From the NCBI RefSeq assembly GCF_004010195.1, contig NC_057751.1, forward strand, positions 3,747,707-3,781,536: DNA of 33,830 nt. The letters run 5' to 3'. A program made the position numbers and the translations under genes. How positions within the stretch are numbered: the first letter of the stretch is position 1; every line of letters begins with the position of its first letter. This stretch comes from Chiloscyllium plagiosum (Eukaryota). Shown here one piece after another: positions 10,705 to 21,578 of the stretch. Below the pieces are notes generated by a model. That model was not told the origin of the DNA, did no database searches, and saw only the letters and a list, made by a program, of their open reading frames with translations.

Positions 10705-10870
10705 ACTGTCAGTGGGATCAGAATCGTGGAATACTGTTCCTAACAGAACTGTGTGTTTAACTATACCACATTGACTGCAATAGTCCAAGGTGACAGCTCA
10801 TCACCACTGTTGCAAGAGCAATCAGGGAAAGAAATAGATGCTGGTGTTGCCATATTCAATGAACAAGTAA
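10705..10870 (+). mobile_element. 3' end of an old CR1/L2-group LINE
   Basis: cagctcatcaccactgttgcaagagcaatcagggaaagaaatagatgctgg resembles the 3' tail of the SINE at 15720-15785 and of the LINE remnant at 18700-18795. Confidence 0.55.
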
Positions 10871-10903
10871 GTTTTAAAATGATTTGAATTAACCGAAGCT
10901 TAC

Positions 10904-12031
10904 CAAATGGAGTTTAATTTAGATAAATATGCAGGACCTATAAACCTAATGGTAAGGTCCTGGGGAGTGTTGCTGAACAAAGAGACCTTGAAGTGCAGAT
11001 TCATAGTTCCTTGAAAGTAGAGTCGCAGGTAGATAGGATAGTGAAGAGAATTAGATTAGATATATCAGATTCCCTACAGTGTGGAAAAAAGCCCTTCAGC
11101 CCAACAAGTCCACACCAACCCTCTGAAGAGCAACCCACCCAAACCCATTTACCTCTAACTGATGTACCTAACACTATGGGCAATTTAGTATGGCCAAGTC
11201 ACCTAATCTGTACATCTTTTGATTGTGGGAGGAAACCGGAGCACCCAGAGGAAAGCCACGCAGACATGGGGAGAATGTGCAAACACCACACGGAAAGTCA
11301 CCCAAGATGGGAATCGAATCAGGGTCCCTGGTGCTGTGAGGCAGCAGTGCTAACCACTGAGCCACGGTGAGGCGTTTGGTATGCTTTTCTTTACTGGACA
11401 GAGTATTGAGTACAGGAGTTGAGAGGTCATGTTGCGGCTGTACAGGACATTGGTCAGGCCACGTTTTGAATGTTGCGTGCAATTCCTATCTCCCTCTTAT
11501 GGGAAGGATGTTGTGAAACTTGAAAGGGTTCAGAAAAGATTTACAAGGATGTTGCAAGGGTTGGAGGATTTGAGCAATAGGGAGAGACTGAATCTCTCTG
11601 TTTCCCTGGGGCTGTTTTCCCTGAAACATTGCATTTTGAGGGTGACCTTATTGAGATTTATAAAACCATGAGGGGCATGGATAGGGTAAAGTAGACAATG
11701 TCGTTTCCCAGGGGTGGGGGAGTCTGGAACTAGAGGCTAGGGTAGAGACTAGAGGTTTAGGGTAAGAGGGGAAAAAGTTAAAAGGGACCGAGTGGGCAAC
11801 TTTTTCATGCAGAGGGTGGTGCATCTATGGAATGAGCTGCCAGAGGAAGTGGTGGAGGCTGGTACAATTATAACATTTAAAACGTATCTGGATGGGTATA
11901 TGAATAGGAAGGGTTGAGAGGCATATGGGCCAAGAGCTGGCAAATGGGACTAGATTGGATTAGGATATCTGAATGTCATGGACAGGTTGGACAAAAGGGT
12001 CTGGTTCCATGCTGTACATCTCTATGACTCT
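10904..12031 (+). mobile_element. CR1 LINE 3' part, interrupted by an HE1 SINE
   Basis: Peptides QIHSSLKVESQVDRIVK (10993) and LYRTLVRPRFECCVQFLSPSYGKDVVKLERVQKRFTRML (11429) are present. The 3' tail ends ctgtacatctctatgactct. Confidence 0.92.
11048..11369 (-). mobile_element. HE1-type (V-SINE) SINE nested in CR1
   Basis: Matches 915-1227, with A box TGGCTCAGTGG and B box GATTCGATTCC. Removing it restores the CR1 sequence gtgaaga|aggcgtttgg. Confidence 0.92.
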
Positions 12032-12343
12032 CAATGAGAACAGGTCAGTTTGTAGGTTGCACTTCTCCCATGGTACAATTAACATTCACCCAAATGCTCC
12101 CATGTTCCTTTGATGTTGTAGAAAACTCTGAAGGTTGCCAAATTAAATTGGAAAAGTATACATACATAAGAAAATATTACTTTAAATTCAGTATCTGCTT
12201 TTGAAACAAGGCAATCAGGGCCTTGAAACAAAGCTTGTATTATCATTTCTAAGCATGATTTGGAGGTGCTGATGTTGGACTGGGGTGTACAAAATTAAAC
12301 ATCACACAACACGAGGTTATAGTCCAACAGGTTTACTTGGAAG

Positions 12344-12378
12344 CACTAGCTTTCGGAGCACTGCTCTTTCATCAGGTG
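12344..12378 (-). ncRNA. Minimal hammerhead ribozyme motif (second copy)
   Basis: Minus strand reads cac-CTGATGA-a-agagc-agt-gctcc-GAAA-gc-TA-gtg. The core boxes are intact, but the first pair of stem II is mismatched (A-C). Confidence 0.7.
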
Positions 12379-12560
12379 GTTGTGGAGTATAAGATTCTAA
12401 GATACAGAATTTATTCCCGAAGTTTACAGAGTGATGTAACTGAAATTATATATTGAAAAAGACCTGGATTGTTTGTTTCTTCTCTCATCTTTCATGTTGG
12501 TTTCAGTTCTTTTATATGTAAATTCCAGAATGTTCTTAAAGTTACATTCTCAAGTGAACT

Positions 12561-12927
12561 TAAAATTATGAGGGGCATGGATAGGGTAAATAAGCAAAGT
12601 CTTTTCTCTGGGGTCGGGGAGTCCAGAACAAGAGGGCATAGGTTTAGGGTGAGAGGGGAAAGATATAAAAGAGATGTAAGGGGCAACGTTTTCACGCAGA
12701 GGGTGGTGTGTGTATGGAATGAGATGCCAGAGGAAGTGGTGGAGGCTAGTACAATTGCAACATTTAAGAGGCATTTGGATGGGTATATGAACAGGAAGGG
12801 TTTGGATGGATATGGGCCAGATGCTGGCAGGTGGGACTAGATTGAGTTGGGATATCTGGTCGGCATGGACAGGTTGGACTGAAGAGTCTGTTTCCATGCA
12901 ATACATCTCGATAACACTATGACTATC
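12561..12927 (+). mobile_element. CR1 LINE 3' tail nested in a Penelope element
   Basis: Encodes KIMRGMDRVNKQSLFSGVGESRTRGHRFRVRG...WNEMPEEVVEASTIATFKRHLD. Penelope sequence resumes at ~12931. Confidence 0.9.
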
Positions 12928-13008
12928 ACTAATAGGTGCCATGTTGCCCAGATAATGCAGTGAGGGTGTGAGGTGCCCTGTGCCCTAATGTTCAGACTGA
13001 TTCTAATG

Positions 13009-13217
13009 TGGGTGTGTGTGGGGGGGGGGGGGGGGGGGGGGGGGAGGAGTGTCTGTGAGAGAGTGTGGGTATGTGTATGAGTGTAAAGGGGTAGAGGTCT
13101 ATAAGAGGGTGCGTGTGTGAGTGTGGGTGTGTATGTGTGAGCATATGAGAGACAGCTTGTGTAAGAGAGATGGCCTGTATGAGTGTATCTGTCAGTGGGA
13201 GTGAGTGTGTGTGTGGT
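13009..13217. repeat. GT-rich low-complexity tract including a 25-nt poly-G run (13020-13044)
   Basis: Directly visible. It lies in the 3' UTR of the Penelope element. Confidence 0.85.
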
Positions 13218-14249
13218 CACCTGTAGTGTGACATGAACCCAATGTCCTGGTTGAGGCCATCCCCATGGGTACCAAACTTGGCTATCAGCCTCTGCTCGGC
13301 CACTTTGCGTTGTTGCCTATCCTGAAGTCCGACTTGGAGGATGGTCACCCGAAGATCCGAGGTTGAATCTCCCGGACTGCTAAAGTGTTCTCCAACTGGG
13401 AGGAAACACTCCTGTGTGTTGATTGTTGTGCGGTGTCCATTCATCCATCGCCATATCCTCTGCTCGGTCTCACCAATATACCATGCCTCAGGGCATTCTT
13501 GCCTGCAGCAAGATAGTACTTGTTCGAAGCAAGTTGATATTTATTCACATTATAATGATATGGCCAAATCAGGTTAAAAAAAATGTGCACAGGTTACAAT
13601 AGAGTGTTACGTCTATGTTTGATGGCTACAATTTAATTCATGGGAGGTGTCAGTAAAATGTGCACAATGGTTAACAGCTTGCACAAACCCAACAGATTTG
13701 TGACAAACTGAATTTGAGAGTCTTTTCTACTTTCCTCAATCGCGGTTTCAGGACAGTTACAGCTGAGATCACATATTTGACTAACATTACTTAATTAATG
13801 TTACTCCTGTGACCCAACCAAATTAGTTCTAGGGTTTTCCCTGCTTCATGTCACCCGAAGTTCAATTTACGCCTTTATCACTAGTCATGCTTGTGGATTT
13901 GAGGTGCTTTTCACTTGGCATCTCAATTCTCCACCTTGCTTCTGTGCTGACCCTTCTGATATTGACAATTTTCCAATGAAGTTCAACATGTGCTCCAAGT
14001 ACAGCATCTCACCTTTCAACGGTGTTCTCCAGATTTCAGAACTCACAGTGAGAGTCCAAAAATTTTAGTTCAAAAAATCTTTTTCCATTTGTTTCATAGT
14101 TCTTTTGGAACTAGAGTTTTGTCTAATTTTTTCCTTTATTCCTTCACATTGCATGAGGGTTACCATTTTTGTGACATGAAGTCTGAAATTTCATCTCTCC
14201 TGCCCTTTTTATAGCTTCCAATTCCCTTATTTTAGCTTCCCTTCTGTTC

Positions 14250-14407
14250 CTCTTCAATCTCCCCTCTTCTTTTTGCTGAAAACTTTCTGCACTTGTAATA
14301 TTCCTCAATTCTGAAATGCTAACTTTTCTCTTTCCACAAGTGCTATCAAACCTGTTAAGTATTTCCAGTTTCTCCTTCTGTTTTAGATTTCCAGTATCCA
14401 TAGTATT
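14250..14407 (+). mobile_element. Degraded Penelope-derived terminal fragment
   Basis: ctgaaatgctaacttttctctttccacaagtgctatcaaacctgttaagtatttccag ... agatttccagtatccatagtatt matches the terminal motif family at 7946-8030. Confidence 0.5.
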
Positions 14408-15230
14408 ACATTTATCTTCAAATAATTCCATTCCTTACCAATATCCAAAGTTTAATCTGATGTTGTTCTCGTCTAACCTTGGCACTGAGATCAACCCAAT
14501 AAATGTGGCAAATTTCCCAGCTAAAACTCCCTCAAAAGACAGAATACATCTCCCTTTCCAATGAGTGTCATATCAGGCTCCTCCTAATCAGTGTTAAATC
14601 GTGGAGGGAGACTTTAATAGTGCTATCAGGAAACACCTACTTACCAATTACTTTCTCATCAAAGCTTTGTATGAGCTTCACTGTGAAGAAAGTCAACTCC
14701 AGACTTCAGCATAGTCTTAATCAAACAATTTTGCAAAAACCAAATACCACAGGACTGCTGAGAGAAGCTGTACTCCACAACATAGCAATATTTAATCAAG
14801 CATAGTAACAAGGAGCCTCAGCAAAATGAAGATCTGTGAGGACCAACAGACAACTGTCACGATTGGAGTCAAAATTGCAAATATGATTGAATTGGTTGGA
14901 AGTCTATTATTAAAGCTGGTGATATTTGCACAGGAGTTCCTCTGGGCTATATCCCATCTTCAACTGGTCATTAACAATCTTGCTCTGTTCCAGAATCAGG
15001 ATACAGGCTTCTCACTACTAATTTCTTGATGAACAGCTGTAGTCACAATTCCTTCTATGAAGCAGTCAAGGCTAGCCAGCACAAGATCTGCAAAGTATCC
15101 ACATTTGGACAATAACAGGCAGGCAACATTCCAAAATCAGGCAATTTTTCCAACAAAATGAAGTCCAACAGCATACGCAGAGATTTCAATGGTAGCACTG
15201 TCATAGAATTGAATCTTAGTCACCTTACTA

Positions 15231-15785
15231 GGAAAGACGATGGCCTCATGCTATTATTGTTGGACTGTTATTCCAGATACCCTAAGTATTGTTCTGGGCA
15301 CCCAGTTCAAATTGTGCTATGGCAGATGGTGGAATTTGAACTCAATAAAGAAAAATCTGGAATTAACAATCTAATGACGACCATAAAACCATTGTCGATT
15401 GTTGGAAAAACCCATGTGGTTCACGAATGTCATTTAGGATACTGCCATCCTTACCTAGTCTGGCCTACAGGTCATTCTGCTCTAATGTGCGTTTCATCAG
15501 CACAAATTGGAAATAATGTAATAGCCAAATTATGAATGTTGTTTGGATAAGGCAAACTTTCTACTGAACGGATGTTGCGATTTTCTGTTCGCAATCTTCT
15601 ACAGGTGCAATTTTCTGTAGCATGAGATTGCAAAGGAACACAATTGTCATGTTACAGCAGAATGACCTGTACATATGACTCCAGAACCACAGCTATGTGG
15701 ATGCATCTCAAATGCCCCATGGGCAATTTGGGTTGGGCAATAAATACTGGACTAGTCTGTGATACCTTCATCTTGTGAATTAATT
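15231..15785 (+). mobile_element. tRNA-derived SINE (full length, split by a MITE)
   Basis: The head ggaaagacgatggcctcatgctattattgttggactg has a B-box-like cagttcaaatt. The body is ccatccttacctagtctggccta|catatgactccagaaccacagc and the tail is gggcaatttgggttgggcaataaatactgg...gtgaattaat. Confidence 0.8.
15468..15669. mobile_element. 202-bp Tc1/mariner-pogo-type MITE with TA TSD
   Basis: TA|CAGGTCATTCTGCTctaatgtg ... catgttacAGCAGAATGACCTG|TA: a 14-bp perfect (19/22) TIR, with TA at 15466-67 and 15670-71. Confidence 0.9.
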
Positions 15786-16106
15786 TTTAAAAGACTAATT
15801 AGAAGCTGAAATGAACCAGCCACATAATGCAACAGGACAGATAATTGGTACAAAGAATTAAAAGACACTGCAGACCACTGAACCTTCCACAAAGTGGAAG
15901 TTAGAAGCGTACTGGAATATCCACCAATCACTTGTCTGAGTGAGAGTGCAACATCACTCAAGAAGCTTGGTACAATCCATAGTTTTGTCATCCACTTGAT
16001 TATGCCTCTTCTTCACACAGGACTGAATTTTCAAACCCTCCCATCACTGACACACCTGAACTTCAGACTGCATGACCTACATGATGTCTTTGAAAAGTTC
16101 ACTCAA

Positions 16107-18465
16107 GTTGTTAAGTGTGTACAGGAAAGTTTTCTCAAGCAGTATACAGAGGATCCTATATGAGAAAGGGCAAAACTCCACCTAGTCTTGGGAAACAGGG
16201 CAGGACAGATGATGGAGGTGACAGTGAGGGAGCACTTTGGGACTCGTGACCATAGTTCTATTAATTTTAAAATATAGCTTTGGAGAGGGACAAAACTGGT
16301 CCACAGGTTCAAGTTCTGAATTGGGACAAGGCAAATTTTGACAGGAGCTTGCAGGGATTGATTGGAGTAGTTTGTTTGCAGGCAAAGAGACCTCCAGCTT
16401 GTGGAAGGCTTTTAAAAGTGAGATAGCGAGAGTTCAAGGTCTGTATGTTCCTGTGAGGATGAAGCCCAAGGTTGGCAGGAATACGGAACCCTGGATGACA
16501 AAACATGTTGAGGCTTTGACCAGAAAAAAAGAAGGCGTGGCCCAGGTACAGGCAGCTGGGATCAAAGTAATCCCAGGATGTACACAGGAGTTTACTGAAG
16601 AAGGAAATCAGGAGGGCAAAAAGGAGACATGAAATAGCCTTGGCTGAGAAGATTAGGGTGAATCCAAAGAGGTACTTTCAGGATATTAAAAGAAAAAGAA
16701 TAACTAGTGAGAGAATGGGCCCTGAAGGACAAAAGTGGACATGTATGCAGGAGACGGACGAGGTTCTCAACAAATATTTCACCTCTGCGTTTACCATGGA
16801 GAAAGACATGAACACTTGGGAACTTGGGGAAGTTGGTTGTGATATCTTGGGGATAGACCATTTCTCAGTCGAGGAGGTGTTGGATATATTAGAATGTATG
16901 AAAGTGGAGAAATTTCCTGGTCTGGACCAGATATATGCAAGAACATTGCAAGAGGCTAAAGAAGAAATTGCACAAGCCCTGGCTGATATTTCTGCATCAC
17001 TGTTAACCATGGGCGAGGTCCCAGAAGACTGGACAGTAGCAAATGTTCTGCCTTTATTCAAGAAGGGCTGCAAAGAAAAGCCTGGGAAATATAGACCAGT
17101 AAGCCCAACATCTTTGGTGGGTAAGTTACTTGAGAAGATGCTAAGGGATAAGATATACCTGCATTTGGAAAGACAGGGTTTGATTAGGAGTAGTCAGCAT
17201 GGCTTTAAGAGTGACCTCACAAATTTGTTTGAGTTCTTTGATGCAGTGTCCAGCAAGGTTGACGAGGACAGGGTGGCAGATGTAGTCTAATTGGATTTCA
17301 CTAAGGTCTTTGATGAGGTTTATAGGCTGCTCTGGAAGGTTAGATCGCATGGAATCCAGGGGAACTGGCAAATTAGATACAAAACTGGCTTGATGGTAGG
17401 ATGCAGAGGGTAATAGTGCAAGGATGCTTGTCGGACTGGAGGCCTGTGGTTAGTGAAGTGCCTCAGGGGTTGGTGCTAGGCCCATTACTGCTTGTTATCC
17501 ATATCAATGATTTGGATGAGAACATACAAAGCATGATTAGTAAATTTGCTGATGACACTAAAATAGGCTATATCATGGACAATGAGGAAGATTGTCAGAA
17601 TTTGCAGCATGACTTTGATCAGCTGGGAAGTGGGCCCAGAAATGGCAAATGGAGTTTAATATAGATAAATGTGAGGTCTTGCATTTTGGAAAGTCAAGTC
17701 AAGGTAGGAATTTCATGGTGCATGTTAGGGCCTTAAGGTGTGTCGTGGGATAGAGGCATGTTGAAGTTTAGGTTCACAGTTCTCTGAAAGTGGAGTCACA
17801 GGTAGACAGGGCAGTGAAGGTGGCTTTTGGCACACTGGCCTTCATCAGTCAGGACTCTGAGTATATAAGTTGGGAAGTTATGTTGCAGTTGTATAGGGCA
17901 TTAGTGAGGCAACAGTGGGAGTATTGTGTTCAGTTTTGGTCACCTTGCTTCAGGAAGAATGTTATTAAACTGGAAAGAGTGCAGAAGAAATGTTCAAGGA
18001 TGTTGCCTGGACTCGAGAGTCTGAGTTGTAGTGAGAGGGTGGACAAGCTCGGATATTTTCCTGCAGAGCGTAGGAGACTGAGTGGGGGCTCTTATAGACA
18101 TGTTTAAGATCATGAGAGAGATGGACAGGTTGATTGCACTCAGTCTTTTTCTCAGGCTTGGTGAATAGAGGATGAGACGGCATCAGTTTAAGGTTAGAGG
18201 GGAAAGAATAAAAGGTAATCTGAGGGGCAAAATTTTTACACAGAGGGTATGCATATAGAATGAGCTGCCAGCGGAAGTTGTTGAGGTGGGTACATTAACA
18301 ACATTTAAAAGACATTTTGACACATATACGGATATGAAGGCAAATTTTGCAAGGCCATTTTAGAAGGCCAAGTTCAGGGAAATGAGATTCGTGTGGACAG
18401 ACATTTTGGTTGGCATAGACCAGTTTGGGCCAAAGGGCCTGTGTGTGCTGTCGGACTCTATGACT
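16107..18465 (+). mobile_element. CR1 LINE, 5'-truncated (endonuclease C-terminus, RT, 3' tail), frameshifted
   Basis: ORF 16640-17290 has EKFPGLDQIYARTL, VPEDWTVANVLPLFKKG, YRPVS and QHGF. ORF 17401-17664 has VPQGLVLGP and KFADDTKIG. ORF 17790-18107 has EYCVQFWSP. Confidence 0.95.
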
Positions 18466-18619
18466 TGAAAAGGCATCTGGATAGGTATATGAATAGGAAT
18501 GGTTTAGAGAGATGTGGGCCAAGTGCTGGCAAATGGGACGAGATTAATTTAGGATATCTGGTCGACATGGACAAGTTGGACTGAAGGGTCTGTTTCTGTG
18601 TTGCTTGAATCTATGATTC
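18466..18619 (+). mobile_element. Second CR1 3' tail (different subfamily) abutting the first
   Basis: aaaaggcatctggataggtatatgaatagg ... gttggactgaagggtctgtttc matches the tails at 11880-12031 and 12765-12925. Confidence 0.85.
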
Positions 18620-19249
18620 CAACTTACTATTAGGGTATCTCTCTCCCCTGCAATCTTTATCACTGAAAACATAACAACAACAATGTTTAATTTGCAGCAT
18701 CAATTCAAGGAGAAAGCCCACTATCACCATTTACTTGTCAACTGGATGGCAATAAATTCATCCTATGTGTCACCTCCCTCCCAATGAAAGACATATTTCC
18801 TGACATAAAAGCCTGTGAGGTTGATTTCCATGTATAATTATTCAAATTAAAGCATTAACACTCAATTCCAGTTTTGGATTTTAAACTGTAGTCATTGGAT
18901 ATTTAAATCAATGGCAACTGTAAAGTCTGTTTGACAACTAAATGTCTAATGTTTGAAAACATGAATAAATTCTAACAATGAAAGGACAACAAACATGTTT
19001 GCAGTGCATTTATAATTTTGTCAGTGGGTTTTCAATTCTAACAGCTCGAATTTTAAGAGCACAAGGTGGACACAAAGGAAGTTAAGCATTTCTGGAAGCT
19101 ATTCCAGAAGAATAAAAATGTGCAATTTTTTTTGTAAGGCTTTGATTATTTTTTCTTCTGGTTTTCCCCTTTTCACATGACTTTAACTGAGAACCAACAC
19201 AGAGACAATTCAGAGCAAACACAGAATGTTTTCAAGTAGAGAACTGACA

Positions 19250-19478
19250 TAGTTCTTGGAGTTAAGGGGATCAAAAGGTATGAGCAGAAAGCAGGAACTA
19301 GGTACTAAGTTAGAGAAAACAAAGTCTTGCTGATGCTGGAGATCTGCAAAAAGCAAAATCAGAAATTGCTGGAGAAACTCAACAGGTTTGAGTTGGATGA
19401 TCAGCCAAAATTCATAGTGAACGGTGGAACAGGCTCAAAGGACAAAATGCCAATTCCTGCTCCTAATTTCTGTTTCTA
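19250..19478 (+). mobile_element. CR1 3' tail (older subfamily) interrupted by a Penelope-derived fragment (~19314-19388)
   Basis: aaggggatcaaaaggtatgagcagaaagcaggaac ... gagttggatgatcagcca ... ttcctgctcctaatttc. The insert carries agaaattgctggagaaactcaacagg. Confidence 0.65.
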
Positions 19479-19587
19479 AATTTAGTTAGAGAGCTTATGC
19501 ATCCAACTTCCTCATCAAATGCATGAAAATATCTAAAGTAAGTGTTGGTAATTACCTTTTACAGTTGCGTGTACTTCTTTTAATGAG

Positions 19588-19706
19588 ATTTCGAGGGATA
19601 TGGGTCAAACAGAACAAAAGAGACTTGTTTAGTTTGGGAAACTTGGTCCTCATGAAAGAGTTGGACCGATGGATCTGTTTCCATGCTGTATAACTCTATG
19701 ACTCTA
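19588..19706 (+). mobile_element. CR1 3' tail
   Basis: gagggatatgggtcaaac ... gagttggaccgatggatctgtttccatgctgtataactctatgactcta. Confidence 0.8.
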
Positions 19707-20007
19707 CAAATGCTTTTGTTTATGAGTTTAAACTCAGAACGTAAAACCTGACAATACTGCTTCACTGTGGGGAAAACATCCTGACCCTTCACTGTACCTC
19801 TTTGCATGCACTTATCATTCATTTATAATGTGTTTATAAATTGCTATTGCTATGCCCACAGGGTATGAAGGGAGATTTCTTTTTTAAAAATGCAGTACTC
19901 TCTTGGTTAATATGAAAATGGAATCTTGCTTGACTTGATTGCTGTCAACCACTGAATATACAAGTTGGCTAAGGTCTAGAAAATTCAAAAGACATCCAAA
20001 GGACAAA

Positions 20008-20147
20008 TTCCTGATTAAGGTATTTTTGCCCGATCCTTTTGCACGAAACAACTCTCCTGCTCTTCAGATGCTGCCTGACCTGCTGTGTTTTTCCAGCACC
20101 ACACTCTTGACTCTAATCTCCAATATCTACAGTCCTCACTTTTGCCT
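20008..20147 (+). mobile_element. 140-bp Penelope-derived mini-element starting at a decayed hammerhead, 14-bp TSD
   Basis: Flanked by atccaaaggacaaa (19994-20007) and atctaaaggacaaa (20148-20161). It begins ttcCTGATTAagg...cGAAAc and continues ctcctgctcttcagatgctgcctgacctgctg. Confidence 0.75.
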
Positions 20148-20285
20148 ATCTAAAGGACAAAACTAACCCATCACTCTTGTGGAGGTTTATGCTTACAAAT
20201 GTAGTCACTGTAAACTCAGCAAGACAATCGGAGTGCAGATCTTTTCTCTGAATCTGAACTAACAACAAGGATAGGGTCATCAAAC

Positions 20286-20487
20286 AAAAACAGAAACAGC
20301 TGAAGAAATGCAGCAGGTCTGGTAACAGTTGTGGAGTGAAAGCAGAATCAACATTTTAGGTCAAGCAACCCTTCTCCATTGATTCTGCTTTGAATCCATT
20401 GATGCAGCCAGACGTTACTGAGTTTCTCCAGCTCGTTCTGTTTTTGTTTCAGATTTTCAGCATCAGTAATTCATTATTTTTTGGAGA
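20286..20487. mobile_element. Fold-back (inverted pair) Penelope-derived mini-element, 10-bp TSD
   Basis: GTCATCAAAC lies at 20276-20285 and 20488-20497. The arms ~20282-20351 and ~20379-20449 are imperfect inverted repeats. Confidence 0.75.
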
Positions 20488-21282
20488 GTCATCAAACCTT
20501 GCTACACCTGAAACTGTGTATGATGATATATGATTGAAATTGCTAGCTTGTGATAATGTTCAAAACTCTGTTCTCAGGGTACTTTTTTTTAAACATTGAA
20601 ACAGAGAACAACAATCAGCTCAAGGCTTAGCTAAAGTCTGCTTCTTGGTACAACTTGGCTTGAAACCTGATTTCTGGGAATAATCGATATTCATCCATCT
20701 ACAAGAACCTATTGCTATGATTCAACAATTCCCACTTGTATCCAAGTTCCAAGAAAAAAACTGCAAGAATCCTCAGTAAAGATGACTTCCTGGACTTTGG
20801 TTCATGTGAGTTAATGCCCATGTCTTTGATGTTTAAGTTATTCACAATTGTAACTTATTTTCCTTCATTTCTTTCATCCAGGTATGCTTGTGTGTCTGTG
20901 TGTTGTGGCAAATGTTGAATGCATCAATAAACTCATTTCAGCTTTAATCCAAAAGGGGGTTTGCTGCAGTTCTTTAAAAACAGTCTTCACAACACTGCAC
21001 AATCTATTTTCAAAATGGTGGATGAAGGAAAAATTTAAAATCATCTTTGCCCATGGAGAAGGACACGCAGATAATTCAACTTGCCTCCCTGTCTTTTTTG
21101 TAACACTTCATAAAACACTTCATTAAAATGCAGTGGTCCACTTAACTTGATTTCATCAAATGTTTCGCTCAAAACAGTGATCAAAGCAAAAACACAATTT
21201 TGGCAGTAGCTGTCATCAAATGGACTTGAAGTCCAGATGCAGTTTATCCTTTCTAAATAGTTGGTAATCACAGATTATCATT

Positions 21283-21565
21283 GGACAAAAAGTCAAGGTT
21301 GACATTTTAATGCAGCGCTGAGGGAAAATTACATTTGTGTAGTGCTGCCTTTTAGATGTGCTAAATGGAAGGCTCAGCCACCTGCTCAGATCAATGCAAA
21401 AACTCTCCTTGAAGTCAAATAAAAATTATTCATCTTCAAACAGTATTACTGAAAAGAGGAGCTCTGGCTGGGTCCTCATTTGTTGCTTTTGGGACCTTAT
21501 GGTAAATTGCTTTCAGACATTCCAAGGACATAAAGGCATCACATGACAGAAAATTATTTCTTTTT
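21283..21565 (+). mobile_element. Degraded Deu-SINE (SacSINE1/AmnSINE1-like)
   Basis: aggttgacattttaatgcagcgctgaggga ... gtgctgccttttagatg ... ttgcttttgggaccttat ... taaaggcatc resembles the recalled Deu-domain and L2-type tail. Confidence 0.55.
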
Positions 21566-21578
21566 CCTTTGGTCCATT

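Larger units (their letters stand above)
12256..13510 (-). mobile_element. Penelope-like element, 5'-truncated (GIY-YIG C-half, CA-rich UTR, pLTR), interrupted by a CR1 tail
   Basis: Minus strand from ~13507 reads CRQECPEAWYIGETEQRIWRWMNGHRTTI...VGEHF...AEQRLIAKFGTHGDGLN (YIG motif; ORF 13217-13444). The terminus matches 9000-9190. Confidence 0.9.
14760..18795 (+). mobile_element. Ancient CR1/L2-group LINE (RT to 3' end) in three pieces: ~14760-15225, ~15795-16090, ~18625-18795
   Basis: Decayed RT-like landmarks (aaggagcctcagcaaaatgaag; caggagttcctctggg, the GVPQG region; caacatcactcaagaagcttggtacaatcc) and a 3' end (caccatttacttgtcaactggatggcaataaa) continue collinearly across the nested SINE and CR1. 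Highly diverged. Confidence 0.55.

Noticed and set aside
12837..13220. His/Thr/Pro-rich 127-aa ORF and poly-G run
   Set aside because: This is the translation of a CA-type microsatellite and a homopolymer in a Penelope UTR. The G-run length may be unreliable in assembly.
13782..13803. Short AT-rich palindrome taacattacttaattaatgtta
   Set aside because: An 8-bp AT-rich stem is expected by chance in this base composition.
16640..17290. Longest ORFs (also 24014-24670) as functional genes
   Set aside because: They are internal pieces of CR1 ORF2 bounded by stops and frameshifts in 5'-truncated copies.
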